A stretch of DNA of 38,574 bases, from the NCBI GenBank assembly GCA_964414725.1, contig CAYPXS010000001.1, forward strand, positions 1-38,574, read 5' to 3'. Shown one piece after another: positions 10,785-18,693 of the stretch. A model generated the notes under the pieces. It worked only from the letters and a program-made list of their open reading frames with translations, was not told the DNA's origin and did not search any database. Origin of the DNA: an uncultured Dehalococcoidia bacterium (GTDB lineage Bacteria; Chloroflexota; Dehalococcoidia; Lucifugimonadales; UBA826). The position numbers were made by a program, and so were the translations under genes. Within the stretch, counting starts at the first letter, position 1. Each line of letters begins with the position of its first letter.

Positions 10785-10813
10785 AGAGTAATCATTTGTG
10801 AAAAAAGTGTCAA
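10785..10813 (-). promoter_or_regulatory. Candidate glnA promoter (-35 TTGACA, 17-nt spacer, weak -10 TACTCT)
   Basis: The minus strand has TTGACA at 10813-10808 and TACTCT at 10790-10785, leaving a leader of about 70-80 nt before the glnA ATG (SD AAAGGA). A partial CRP/FNR-like dyad TGACA-N6-TCACA overlaps the -35. Confidence 0.25.
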
Positions 10814-10953
10814 ACAAATTGCACCGTTAAAATCTCTATAAATCAAAATTGCTGCCCTTCAGGGGAAACACCGCATATTAAGACTTGATCATATCCATAT
10901 TTATATTTTACGGTAAACTAGCTCCACTGTACTTACAAAGACGGGAGATTCAC

Positions 10954-11583
10954 ATGGATAAAATGGAATTCGACGTATTTTTCGATTTTGCTTGACCTTT
11001 TGTTTACAATGCGGCCGTGTGGCTGGATAAAGTCAAAGAACATTACGGTGAAGGCCTTCAACTTAATTGGAGAAACTTTTCGCTTCAGCAAATAAACGCA
11101 AAAGATCCAGGAGATTGGCGTGTTTGGGAGGAAGAGGATTTTACCTCTACCAGATCTTTAATGGCTTCGATTGCAGGAGAGGCAGCGAAAAGACAAGGCC
11201 CAGAATTATTCAATAAATTTTTCCTTGCGCTTCTTACAGCCAGACACGGCGGGGATAGGGCTCCATTGAATGACGAATCTTTGTTTATTCAAATAGCAGA
11301 AGAATGTGGGTTGGATGTAGAGAAATTTCAATCTGATATGAAAGATTCTGAGCTCGTAGACATAATCGCAAAGGATCATACCGAGGCCACTGAGGTTCAC
11401 GGAGCCTTTGGAACTCCAACTTTTATTTTCGACAATGGACAATCTGCCTATCTGAAAACATTTATTCCTCCTGAAGAAGAATCAGTAGATGCCTTCAAGT
11501 ACTTTTTGGGGTTGTTTGAAAGTAGGCCCTATATAGGGGAAGTAAAGCGACCTCAGCCACCTTGGCCTAAAGGCGCAGTATAA
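10954..11583 (+). CDS. DsbA-like thioredoxin-fold protein, modelled as a candidate selenoprotein with in-frame TGA (Sec) at 10993-10995. The ORF-track model 11017..11583 is its 3' portion.
   Basis: GGGAG (10943-10947) plus a 6-nt spacer precedes ATG 10954. The translation is MDKMEFDVFFDFA-[TGA]-PFVYNAAVWLDKVKEH... in the same frame as the 188-aa ORF. The TGA falls where DsbA/HCCA-isomerase-like proteins carry the first Cys of FDFxCPxC. The C-terminal part has GAFGTPTFIF, the family's cis-Pro loop. Confidence 0.55.
10993..11035 (+). promoter_or_regulatory. SECIS-like stem-loop starting at the in-frame UGA
   Basis: Lower stem: UGAC(C)UUU (10993-11000) pairs with AAAGUCA (11029-11035). Upper stem: CGGCC (11012-11016) pairs with GGCUG (11021-11025; four Watson-Crick pairs plus one G-U). 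Apical loop: GUGU (11017-11020), about 21 nt after the UGA. Confidence 0.4.
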
Positions 11584-11603
11584 ACATTAGGTTGTTTCAC
11601 TGA

Positions 11604-12269
11604 ATGTTTCCCAATATCGAAAATAGGTTTGATGATCAAAGTCTATTTAGACTTAGCATGACACATTCCTCGTGGGTTAACGAATCTAAAGGTCTGGATA
11701 TTCAATCTAATGAACGCCTTGAGTTTTTAGGAGATGCGGTTCTGGATGCTGTAGTAGGGCAATATTTATACGCCAAATACCCCAACCACCCTGAGGGAGC
11801 CTTAACACAATTTAGGTCAAACATTGTAAGTGGAGCCGCTCTAGCTGAACTAAGCAGACTGTTAGGAATAGGACCATATCTAGTGTTGGGAAAAGGGGAA
11901 GATGCTTCTGGTGGACGAGATAAAGATTCTAACTTGGCGAATGCATTCGAGGCCTTGGTAGGGGCTTTATTTATAGATGGTGGGTTTGAGGTTGCAAAGA
12001 ATTTTATCTTGGAAAGTATAGATATAAAAGCTAGAAATGCCGAATTAATCGACAGTCAACATGATTCAAAAACAAAGTTGCAAATGGCTGTCCAGGCCAA
12101 ATGTTCCGTGCCCCCTCATTATCGGGTTATTTCTAAAGAAGGGCCCGATCATGAACCTACGTTCGTAGTAGAGGTTTTGATAGGCGAAAAGGTTATTACT
12201 ACCGGAAAGGGAACTAGTAGAAATCGAGCCGAAATGCAAGCAGCATCAAGAGCTTTGAAGATGGTGTGA
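11604..12269 (+). CDS. rnc: Ribonuclease III
   Basis: 221 aa. It has the RNase III signature ERLEFLGDAVLD, the motif NAFEALVGALFIDGG, and a C-terminal dsRBD (PHYRVISKEGPDHEPTFVVEV...AEMQAASRAL). Confidence 0.93.
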   Translation: MFPNIENRFDDQSLFRLSMTHSSWVNESKGLDIQSNERLEFLGDAVLDAVVGQYLYAKYPNHPEGALTQFRSNIVSGAALAELSRLLGIGPYLVLGKGEDASGGRDKDSNLANAFEALVGALFIDGGFEVAKNFILESIDIKARNAELIDSQHDSKTKLQMAVQAKCSVPPHYRVISKEGPDHEPTFVVEVLIGEKVITTGKGTSRNRAEMQAASRALKMV

Positions 12270-12279
12270 ATTCTTACTG

Positions 12280-12304
12280 AGCTATTGGCTTTGTAGCTTT
12301 TTTT
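12280..12304 (+). terminator. Weak rho-independent terminator candidate after rnc
   Basis: AGCTA (12280-12284) pairs with TAGCT (12294-12298) around a 9-nt loop. A run of seven T follows directly (12298-12304). Confidence 0.3.
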
Positions 12305-12364
12305 GGGTCTATGGTAACCTTGCCCCTGTTAATTCATTTAATTATGACTTTCAGGAGATTTTGA

Positions 12365-14008
12365 ATGGCAAAAGTAAGCGGTAATTATCTCATTGCTAGG
12401 ACCTTAAAGGAAGAAGGAGTTGATACCCTTTTCTATCTGATGGGAGGACCCAATTTTGACACCATAATGGAATGTCAAGATGTAGGTATCAGGACTATAG
12501 ACTTTAGACATGAACAGGCGGCTGCTATGGCGGCACACGCCTACTCTCGAGTTACTGGAAAACCCAGTGTGGTCATGGCTGCCTCTGGACCGGGTACTTT
12601 AAATCTATTGACCGGCGTTTATACCGCCTCTATTGATTGTGCTCCCATGGTGGTTCTAGGGGGAGCAAGCGCTGTTCATGAAATAGGTAGGGATACATTT
12701 CAAGAGGTGGACCAGGTAGGTATAATGCAGCCTTTATGCAAGTATTGGCATAGGCCAACAATGGCTTCGCGTTTTCCGGAAATCGTCAGCACCGCTTATC
12801 GTCAATCTCAGAGCGGTAGACCAGGACCTGTGTATATTGATTGTGGTGGCGATGTGCTATACGAAGAGGTAGAGGAAGAATCGGTGCCCGCGCCTTCTCG
12901 AGCTGTAGAGCGAACTAGGCCTGTGGCTACCTCTGGAGATATTGAAAGGGCTATTTCTCTCATCGCTGATGCGGAAAAGCCGATGATATTTGCTGGTGGG
13001 GGAGCATTTTTCTCGGGAGCTGCTCCTGAGTTGGAGAGTTTTGTGGACATCACAAGCATCCCATTTTATACAGCTCCGATGTCTAGGGGACTGATTCCAG
13101 AAGACCATGCCGTTTCCTTCCAAGGAGCCAGGTCTACCGCTATGAGAGAGTCAGACGTAATTTTGGTCGTTGGTACTAGAATGAACTGGATGATGAATTA
13201 CGGGCAACGCTTTTCTCCCAATGCAAAGATTATTCAGATCGATATTAATGAAAGTGAACTTGGGCATAACCGAGACATAGAAATGGGTATTTTTGGCGAT
13301 GCAAAGGCTGTTATGGGCCAGTTGCTGGAGGCAGCTCAGCAAAGAAGTCCGGACTTTGCAGGGGCTTTAGAATCTCCTTGGATTGTGGGGTTGCGTGAAG
13401 CAGACGAAAAAAGGATGGCTCAGAGCGCTCCACTGTTGAATTCTGACCAAACACCCATTCACCCTTTGAGACTTTGTAAAGAAATAGACGAATTTTTGGA
13501 TAGAGACGCGATTATATCGGTTGACGGAAATGAGATTTTGCATTTTGGTAGACAATCAATATCTACATATGTGCCGGGTCATCGCTTGAACTCCGGAGTG
13601 ACTGGTACGATGGGGGTTGGATTACCGTATGGGATAGGTGCCCAAGTCGCCAAACCAGATAAGCAAGTTCTTGTCTTACACGGTGATGGATCGATGGGAA
13701 TGAATGCGATGGAAATTGACACTGCGGTGCGCCACAACCTGCCAGTGGTGACTGTTATAAGTAATAACGAGGGATGGACTGCTCGAACGCCGGGGAAGAG
13801 GAAACCAGGTAGAGAATTAGGTTTTACAGAGTTTGATCGCATGGCTGAGGCCCTACACGGTTATGGAGAAAAAGTTGAGGACCCTGCTGAAATAAAACCT
13901 GCTCTTGACAGGGCTTTTTCTAGTGGGAAGGCAGCAGTTGTGAATGTGAAGGTAGAACCAACGTCAGCCGGTGTATCTAGGTCATGGGGTGGTTCAAGGA
14001 TGGAATAA
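12365..14008 (+). CDS. Thiamine-diphosphate-dependent enzyme, oxalyl-CoA decarboxylase / 2-hydroxyacyl-CoA lyase / acetolactate-synthase-like
   Basis: 547 aa with SD AGGAG upstream. The N-terminal Pyr domain has ASGPGTLNLLTG and the FQEVDQ motif that I associate with the Oxc/HACL branch. The ThDP-binding motif is GDGSMGMNAMEIDTAVRHNLPVVTVISNN. Confidence 0.88.
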   Translation: MAKVSGNYLIARTLKEEGVDTLFYLMGGPNFDTIMECQDVGIRTIDFRHEQAAAMAAHAYSRVTGKPSVVMAASGPGTLNLLTGVYTASIDCAPMVVLGGASAVHEIGRDTFQEVDQVGIMQPLCKYWHRPTMASRFPEIVSTAYRQSQSGRPGPVYIDCGGDVLYEEVEEESVPAPSRAVERTRPVATSGDIERAISLIADAEKPMIFAGGGAFFSGAAPELESFVDITSIPFYTAPMSRGLIPEDHAVSFQGARSTAMRESDVILVVGTRMNWMMNYGQRFSPNAKIIQIDINESELGHNRDIEMGIFGDAKAVMGQLLEAAQQRSPDFAGALESPWIVGLREADEKRMAQSAPLLNSDQTPIHPLRLCKEIDEFLDRDAIISVDGNEILHFGRQSISTYVPGHRLNSGVTGTMGVGLPYGIGAQVAKPDKQVLVLHGDGSMGMNAMEIDTAVRHNLPVVTVISNNEGWTARTPGKRKPGRELGFTEFDRMAEALHGYGEKVEDPAEIKPALDRAFSSGKAAVVNVKVEPTSAGVSRSWGGSRME

Positions 14009-14164
14009 TGGCAAAGGTCCTAGGTTGTCCAAGCAGTGTTAGGCTACCTATCCATTTGTGTTTAGACCATTAAGAAAAAATAGGCCTGTGGGTAATCTGA
14101 GAAAACTATTTCTTCATTGAGCGTGCCACAGACCGAGAAACTTTACTAAAAAAGAGGTGTTTAG

Positions 14165-15532
14165 ATGATTGATTTACTGTCTGTTGCTCGAACAGAGGCA
14201 AGTGGGGGTGATTTGCTTGGCTTGCTTTCGGGTCTGTTCGAATCTTCGGATGTAAGACCGGAAGGCTATTCCGACGCAGTAGTTTGGCAAGGTGGAAACC
14301 ATAACAGCAATCTAAATCCAGTGGCACATTCTTTGACTGACGCCTACGCGTTGTTGGGAACTATAGCCGCGGCGGATATATTGGGACTTCCATTTTATGC
14401 AGTTCCAATGTGGTCACAATATAGACACGATACCAAACTAGAGTCTCTTGCTTGGTTTGGTAACATGCCATGCACGTCTATCAAATGGTCTACCGCGGGA
14501 GATGCCTATGTAAATGATGGTAGTGGGGGTAGGGTTGTTGTAATGGGAAAATCTGGTAATGCACCTTTAAGAACTCAGGCTGGGGTTTACTGCAACGTAA
14601 GACCATACGGGCCTATTACAGTAGTGAGATGTATGCCCTGTCTTCCTTACTCTCAAGACAAAGAGAAATTTGGAGTTAATGAATCGGGCATTGTACATTC
14701 AGAAATGAATACGCCTGGGGTTCAAATGGCCTATGCTAATAGGCTATTCCTTAAAATGGTAAATGATAGCGGACACTTGGGTCGTGTTGCTATGAAGCCT
14801 ACGCAGGCTATGGAAGATGGAATCAATGCCGGATTACATTCATGGTTGTTGAAAGGCACTAAATTTGAGGTTGGTAGGCGGTATGCTGTGGACCCATATG
14901 AAGAACATAAAGATCGTATAGATAAGATCGTTTCACTTCTACCTTCTGATTTTAAGGATGGAATGGAAAATTGGGGAGGCAGGATTGAGCAACATATTTC
15001 AGATACCAACTATGGTCTACTGATATGGGATCTTATAGAGCAGAGAGATACCATAGTCCTCGCGACGGATCTGGACGGTGATAGGTTAACAGACCTATTA
15101 GCTGATATTTCCGACCCATTGCGTGCCTTTGGTGACAAAGTGGTTCAGCATGTAGGTAACGATGTAAGCATGCGGGATGCGTGGTCTGAAATGGGGTATA
15201 CCACCGGTAATGGAAGGGATATGACCTCAGTTATGCATAGGATGGATGGGCCACCAATACATGAGCAGACCCTTGGTTCCGCAGATGCCATGTTGCTACG
15301 CTTACTTGACGGGGATGAATCTATGGGGGGAACCAAGAGACCTTACGATCCTAGAATACATTTTGTGTTGATACGTGATGCATATCTAGATGCCAATCCC
15401 GGTAATTCTGAACTAAAGGATTGGTTAGACAATGCCCTCGATGTTTTTGACGGGATTTATGGAGAGAACAGACCGGGATTCCTTGAAGGTTATAAAGCTT
15501 TAAAGGAAGGCATTACTGCCTGGGGGGCCTAG
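14165..15532 (+). CDS. Hypothetical cytoplasmic protein with no family recognised
   Basis: 455-aa ORF with a good SD (AGAGGTG, 6-nt spacer) and an ATG start. Its composition looks like normal coding sequence. I see no signal peptide or TM segment. I see no motif I can assign. Confidence 0.75.
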   Translation: MIDLLSVARTEASGGDLLGLLSGLFESSDVRPEGYSDAVVWQGGNHNSNLNPVAHSLTDAYALLGTIAAADILGLPFYAVPMWSQYRHDTKLESLAWFGNMPCTSIKWSTAGDAYVNDGSGGRVVVMGKSGNAPLRTQAGVYCNVRPYGPITVVRCMPCLPYSQDKEKFGVNESGIVHSEMNTPGVQMAYANRLFLKMVNDSGHLGRVAMKPTQAMEDGINAGLHSWLLKGTKFEVGRRYAVDPYEEHKDRIDKIVSLLPSDFKDGMENWGGRIEQHISDTNYGLLIWDLIEQRDTIVLATDLDGDRLTDLLADISDPLRAFGDKVVQHVGNDVSMRDAWSEMGYTTGNGRDMTSVMHRMDGPPIHEQTLGSADAMLLRLLDGDESMGGTKRPYDPRIHFVLIRDAYLDANPGNSELKDWLDNALDVFDGIYGENRPGFLEGYKALKEGITAWGA

Positions 15533-15547
15533 GTCGAAAGTTTTCAG

Positions 15548-15582
15548 ATTGCCAGTTAGCCCATGCAAGGCTAACTGGCAAT
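15548..15582. terminator. Perfect 14-bp hairpin between and overlapping convergent 3' ends. It is a possible bidirectional terminator or RNA 3'-end stabiliser.
   Basis: ATTGCCAGTTAGCC (15548-15561) pairs with GGCTAACTGGCAAT (15569-15582) around a 7-nt loop. The right arm contains the last four codons and the stop of glyA. There is no U-tract on either strand. Confidence 0.45.
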
Positions 15583-16812
15583 TCCAGGAACGGGAAAACG
15601 ACTCGTTAAATCTAGAACTTCTTCTTTCACTTCTTTTTCGATTTTAGAGTCTCCGATATTTTGGAGGACTTTCAATATTAGGGTACCTATGCTGTTTGCT
15701 TCTTCGATTTTCATTCCCCTAGTTGTGATAGCAGGGGTACCAAGCCGAATACCACTCGCTTGCCTAGGTGGTTTTGTATCGAATGGTATGGCGTTTCTGT
15801 TTATCACAATGTTTGCTCTTCCTAGAGATTCTTCTGCCTCTTTGCCTGATAATCCCATGGGTGTAACGTCTACAAGGGTCATATGATTATCTGTGCCCCC
15901 TGAAACCAAACGCAGCCCACCTTTGCGCAATGTTTCTGCTAAGGCTTTGGCGTTATCAACAACTTGAATTTGATATTGGATAAAACTATCGGATTCGGCC
16001 TCTTTAAATGCAACGGCTTTAGCCGCGATAGTGTGTTCCAGCGGTCCACCTTGCATATTAGGAAATACTGCGCTGTTTAATTTCTTGCCGAGTTCAAATT
16101 TGCCTAATATGATTCCACCCCTTGGGCCTCTTAACGTTTTGTGAGTCGTGGATGTGACGATGTCAGCATTTTCTACAGGTGACGGATGAACTCCAGCTGC
16201 CACCAGCCCTGAAATATGCGCCATATCAACCATAAGTTTTGCGTTTACTAAATCGCATATTTCTTCGAACGCTTGGAAATCTATTGTTCTTGTGTACGCC
16301 GATGCTCCAGCAACTATCAATTTAGGTTTGTTCTCTTCAGCTATTTTTTTTACTTCAGCGAAGTCGATGGTTTCGAGCTCACGATCCACTCCATATGTCA
16401 CAAAATTGTAAAGTTTGGCTGAAAAATTCACTTGGCTTCCGTGGGTTAAATGGCCTCCGTGGTCCAATCCCATACCCATTACCGTGTCTCCTGGTTGTAG
16501 CGATGCAAAATATGCAGCCATATTGGCTTGTGCTCCACTGTGTGGCTGTACGTTCGCGAATTCTGCATTAAAAAGGCATTTTGCCCTATCTATCGCGAGC
16601 TGCTCTACTATGTCAACGAATTCGCACCCTCCATAATATCTTCGACCCGGGTAACCTTCAGCATATTTGTTAGTGAACACTGATCCTTGAGCTTCTAGTA
16701 CTGCTGAACTAGCGTAATTTTCAGAAGCTATTAGGTTGATATTATTTTTTTGGCGACTTTTCTCATTTTTTATTGCATCAGATATTTCAGAATCGATATG
16801 CTGCAAATTCAT
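15571..16812 (-). CDS. glyA: Serine hydroxymethyltransferase
   Basis: 413 aa. It has LIASENY, the PLP-lysine motif [12 protein letters not shown], and GGTDNHM. Confidence 0.97.
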   Translation of the reverse strand: MNLQHIDSEISDAIKNEKSRQKNNINLIASENYASSAVLEAQGSVFTNKYAEGYPGRRYYGGCEFVDIVEQLAIDRAKCLFNAEFANVQPHSGAQANMAAYFASLQPGDTVMGMGLDHGGHLTHGSQVNFSAKLYNFVTYGVDRELETIDFAEVKKIAEENKPKLIVAGASAYTRTIDFQAFEEICDLVNAKLMVDMAHISGLVAAGVHPSPVENADIVTSTTHKTLRGPRGGIILGKFELGKKLNSAVFPNMQGGPLEHTIAAKAVAFKEAESDSFIQYQIQVVDNAKALAETLRKGGLRLVSGGTDNHMTLVDVTPMGLSGKEAEESLGRANIVINRNAIPFDTKPPRQASGIRLGTPAITTRGMKIEEANSIGTLILKVLQNIGDSKIEKEVKEEVLDLTSRFPVPGIAS

Positions 16813-17039
16813 TTGATATTCCTTTATCAGTCTCTAAAAAAGCTATCTATTTAATATTAATCCATCGGGACGTAGCGGTGGGTGAAAATAAAAATCTAGA
16901 ATTCGGTACTTGATTAAAAACTCTTGGAACAAGTTGTCTTGCCTAGCTACTATAGCTACTGTAGAGTAATTGTAGGTATTTATCATGTATTTGACATGTA
17001 AAAACAAGTCGAAATAAAAGGAAATGGCGGCCTTTCACA

Positions 17040-18095
17040 ATGGGCAAAGGTATTCTCCAAACTTATAAACAATTCCTTCCCATTACCTCTGAAACTCCAA
17101 TTTTTACCCTGGGTGAAGGCAACACCCCTTTAGTTGAATCACGGAATATTGCGAAGGAAGTAGGATGTAATTCCTTATTCTTTAAGTTGGAGGGATGTAA
17201 TCCAACAGGTTCATTTAAAGATCGAGGAATGGTTGTGGCTGTCGCCAAGGCTGTTGAAAAAGGGATTCGTTCTATAGCCTGCGCCTCCACAGGTAACACA
17301 AGTGCCTCTGCAGCGGCATACGGAGCTCATCTTGGTTTGCGAACGACCTTGATCGTCCCTAAGGGAAATGTAGCAAGAGGTAAGCTAGCTCAGGCCGTAG
17401 CATATGGAGCCCATATAGCTCTAATTGACAGTAATTTCGACAGAGCTTTAGAAATTACTCGTGAATTGTGTGAGAGGCATCCTATTGAATTGGTAAATTC
17501 ACTAAACCCTAATCGTATCGAGGGTCAAAAGACGGCTTCTTTTGAAATCATTGAGGAACTGAAAAAAGCCCCTGATCATCTTTTCATTCCGGTCGGCAAT
17601 GCCGGTAACATTACGGCATATTGGAAAGGTTTCGTTGAAGCTCGACAAGAGGGCCTTTCCGATAATTTGCCTGTGATGAATGGATATCAAGCATCCGGAG
17701 CATCGCCAATAGTTGACGGACACATTGTGGAACAGCCTCGCACGGTAGCTTCTGCCATACGCATTGGGAATCCTGCTAGTTGGGAATTGGCTTTAAAGGC
17801 TCGAAATGAATCGAACGGTGTGATTGATAAAGTTGACGACGATGAGATCTTAACGGCCTATCGTAGATTGGCGGCTGAAGAAGGTGTTTTCTGTGAACCT
17901 GCCTCTGCAGCGTCGTTGGCAGGTTTGCTTAAAAGAGTTAGAAGCGGCGAATCTTTTAAAAATAAGAACATTGTATGTGTAATTACAGGCAATGGACTTA
18001 AAGATCCTGATATTGCTAATGAAATAGAACCTGTGTCCTTAGAGGAATATGAGGCTAACATCGAATCAGTGGAAGATGCGCTTTCATTGTCATGA
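17040..18095 (+). CDS. thrC: Threonine synthase (short form)
   Basis: 351 aa. It has TLGEGNTPL, the PLP-lysine motif NPTGSFKDRG, and ASTGNTSASAAAY. Confidence 0.93.
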   Translation: MGKGILQTYKQFLPITSETPIFTLGEGNTPLVESRNIAKEVGCNSLFFKLEGCNPTGSFKDRGMVVAVAKAVEKGIRSIACASTGNTSASAAAYGAHLGLRTTLIVPKGNVARGKLAQAVAYGAHIALIDSNFDRALEITRELCERHPIELVNSLNPNRIEGQKTASFEIIEELKKAPDHLFIPVGNAGNITAYWKGFVEARQEGLSDNLPVMNGYQASGASPIVDGHIVEQPRTVASAIRIGNPASWELALKARNESNGVIDKVDDDEILTAYRRLAAEEGVFCEPASAASLAGLLKRVRSGESFKNKNIVCVITGNGLKDPDIANEIEPVSLEEYEANIESVEDALSLS

Positions 18096-18685
18096 ATAAA
18101 GATCAGGCAAATGAAAGTTCAAACGATGAGTGTTTTGACTCCGCTAAAATTGCTATTGCTGTTCGTGATATTTTGGAGTCGATAGGAGATGATCCTGATA
18201 GGGAAGGACTACGTAACACCCCTGACCGAGTAGCGGAGTTGTATAAAGATTTGTTCTCCGGCATGAGGTGTGATCCTGCCGAGATATTAAGTGTATTTTT
18301 TGAAGAAAACCATACAGATCCAGTGGCTTTCACCGATATTTCATTCAATTCAACATGTGAACATCACCTTCTTCCTTTCTACGGTCATGCACATGTTGGT
18401 TATATTCCAAAAGGTAGAGTAGTGGGGGCGAGTAAAGTAGCTCGACTGGTAGATGTTCTATCTAAAAGACCGCAGATTCAGGAAAGGTTGACGACTCAAA
18501 TTACCGATGCCATCTATCGTTGCCTCGATGCGAGTTCTGTTTACGTGTTTGTGTCTGCTGAACATATGTGTATGACCTTGCGGGGAGTAAAGAAAGCCGA
18601 AAGTAAAATAATCACTTCTGCTCAGAGGGGAGAAGTGCATGAAGTACAACAACTTATTAAAATAATAGATTTATCGAAATCATAA
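18092..18685 (+). CDS. folE: GTP cyclohydrolase I (FolE type 1)
   Basis: 197 aa. It has REGLRNTPDRVA, the zinc-site motif STCEHHLLPF, SKRPQIQERLT, and AEHMCM. Its ATG overlaps the thrC stop (ATGA at 18092-18095). Confidence 0.93.
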   Translation: MNKDQANESSNDECFDSAKIAIAVRDILESIGDDPDREGLRNTPDRVAELYKDLFSGMRCDPAEILSVFFEENHTDPVAFTDISFNSTCEHHLLPFYGHAHVGYIPKGRVVGASKVARLVDVLSKRPQIQERLTTQITDAIYRCLDASSVYVFVSAEHMCMTLRGVKKAESKIITSAQRGEVHEVQQLIKIIDLSKS

Positions 18686-18693
18686 GAGGCGAA

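Noticed and set aside
10715-10953. Glutamine riboswitch (glnA RNA motif) or NtcA/sigma54 sites upstream of glnA
   Set aside because: I saw no CGUUCACC...GGAAGUAGG...AAGGAACG-like core on the glnA strand. I saw no GTA-N8-TAC and no GG-N10-GC spacing. Only the weak dyad reported in the findings is present.
10993-10995. Alternative genetic code (TGA = Trp or Gly) as an explanation for the in-frame TGA
   Set aside because: TGA terminates rnc (12267-12269), thrC (18093-18095) and the TIGR00725 gene at positions consistent with normal protein lengths. Global reassignment is therefore unlikely. Site-specific recoding or a pseudogene remain the options.
14106-14327. 73-aa minus-strand ORF overlapping the start of the 455-aa hypothetical gene
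   Set aside because: It is antisense to a much longer ORF that has a proper SD and ATG. It has no RBS, and half of it lies in an intergenic region.
15073-15099. DLDGDRLTD acidic loop in the 455-aa protein as a Ca-binding (DxDxDG/thrombospondin-like) motif
   Set aside because: It occurs once, in a predicted cytoplasmic protein, and does not match the full DxDxDGxxDxxD consensus. It is too weak to support a functional call.
16813-17039. Possible riboswitch (ZTP/pfl, THF, glycine, T-box) in the 227-nt glyA/thrC intergenic region
   Set aside because: I read both strands and did not find the conserved cores. There is no GGGUCGUGAC...CCGCCUGGGC-type ZTP pseudoknot, no THF or glycine core, and no T-box. 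I saw only a 6-bp hairpin (16862-16880) and the TAGCTA repeats. A covariance-model scan (Rfam/Infernal) would be decisive.
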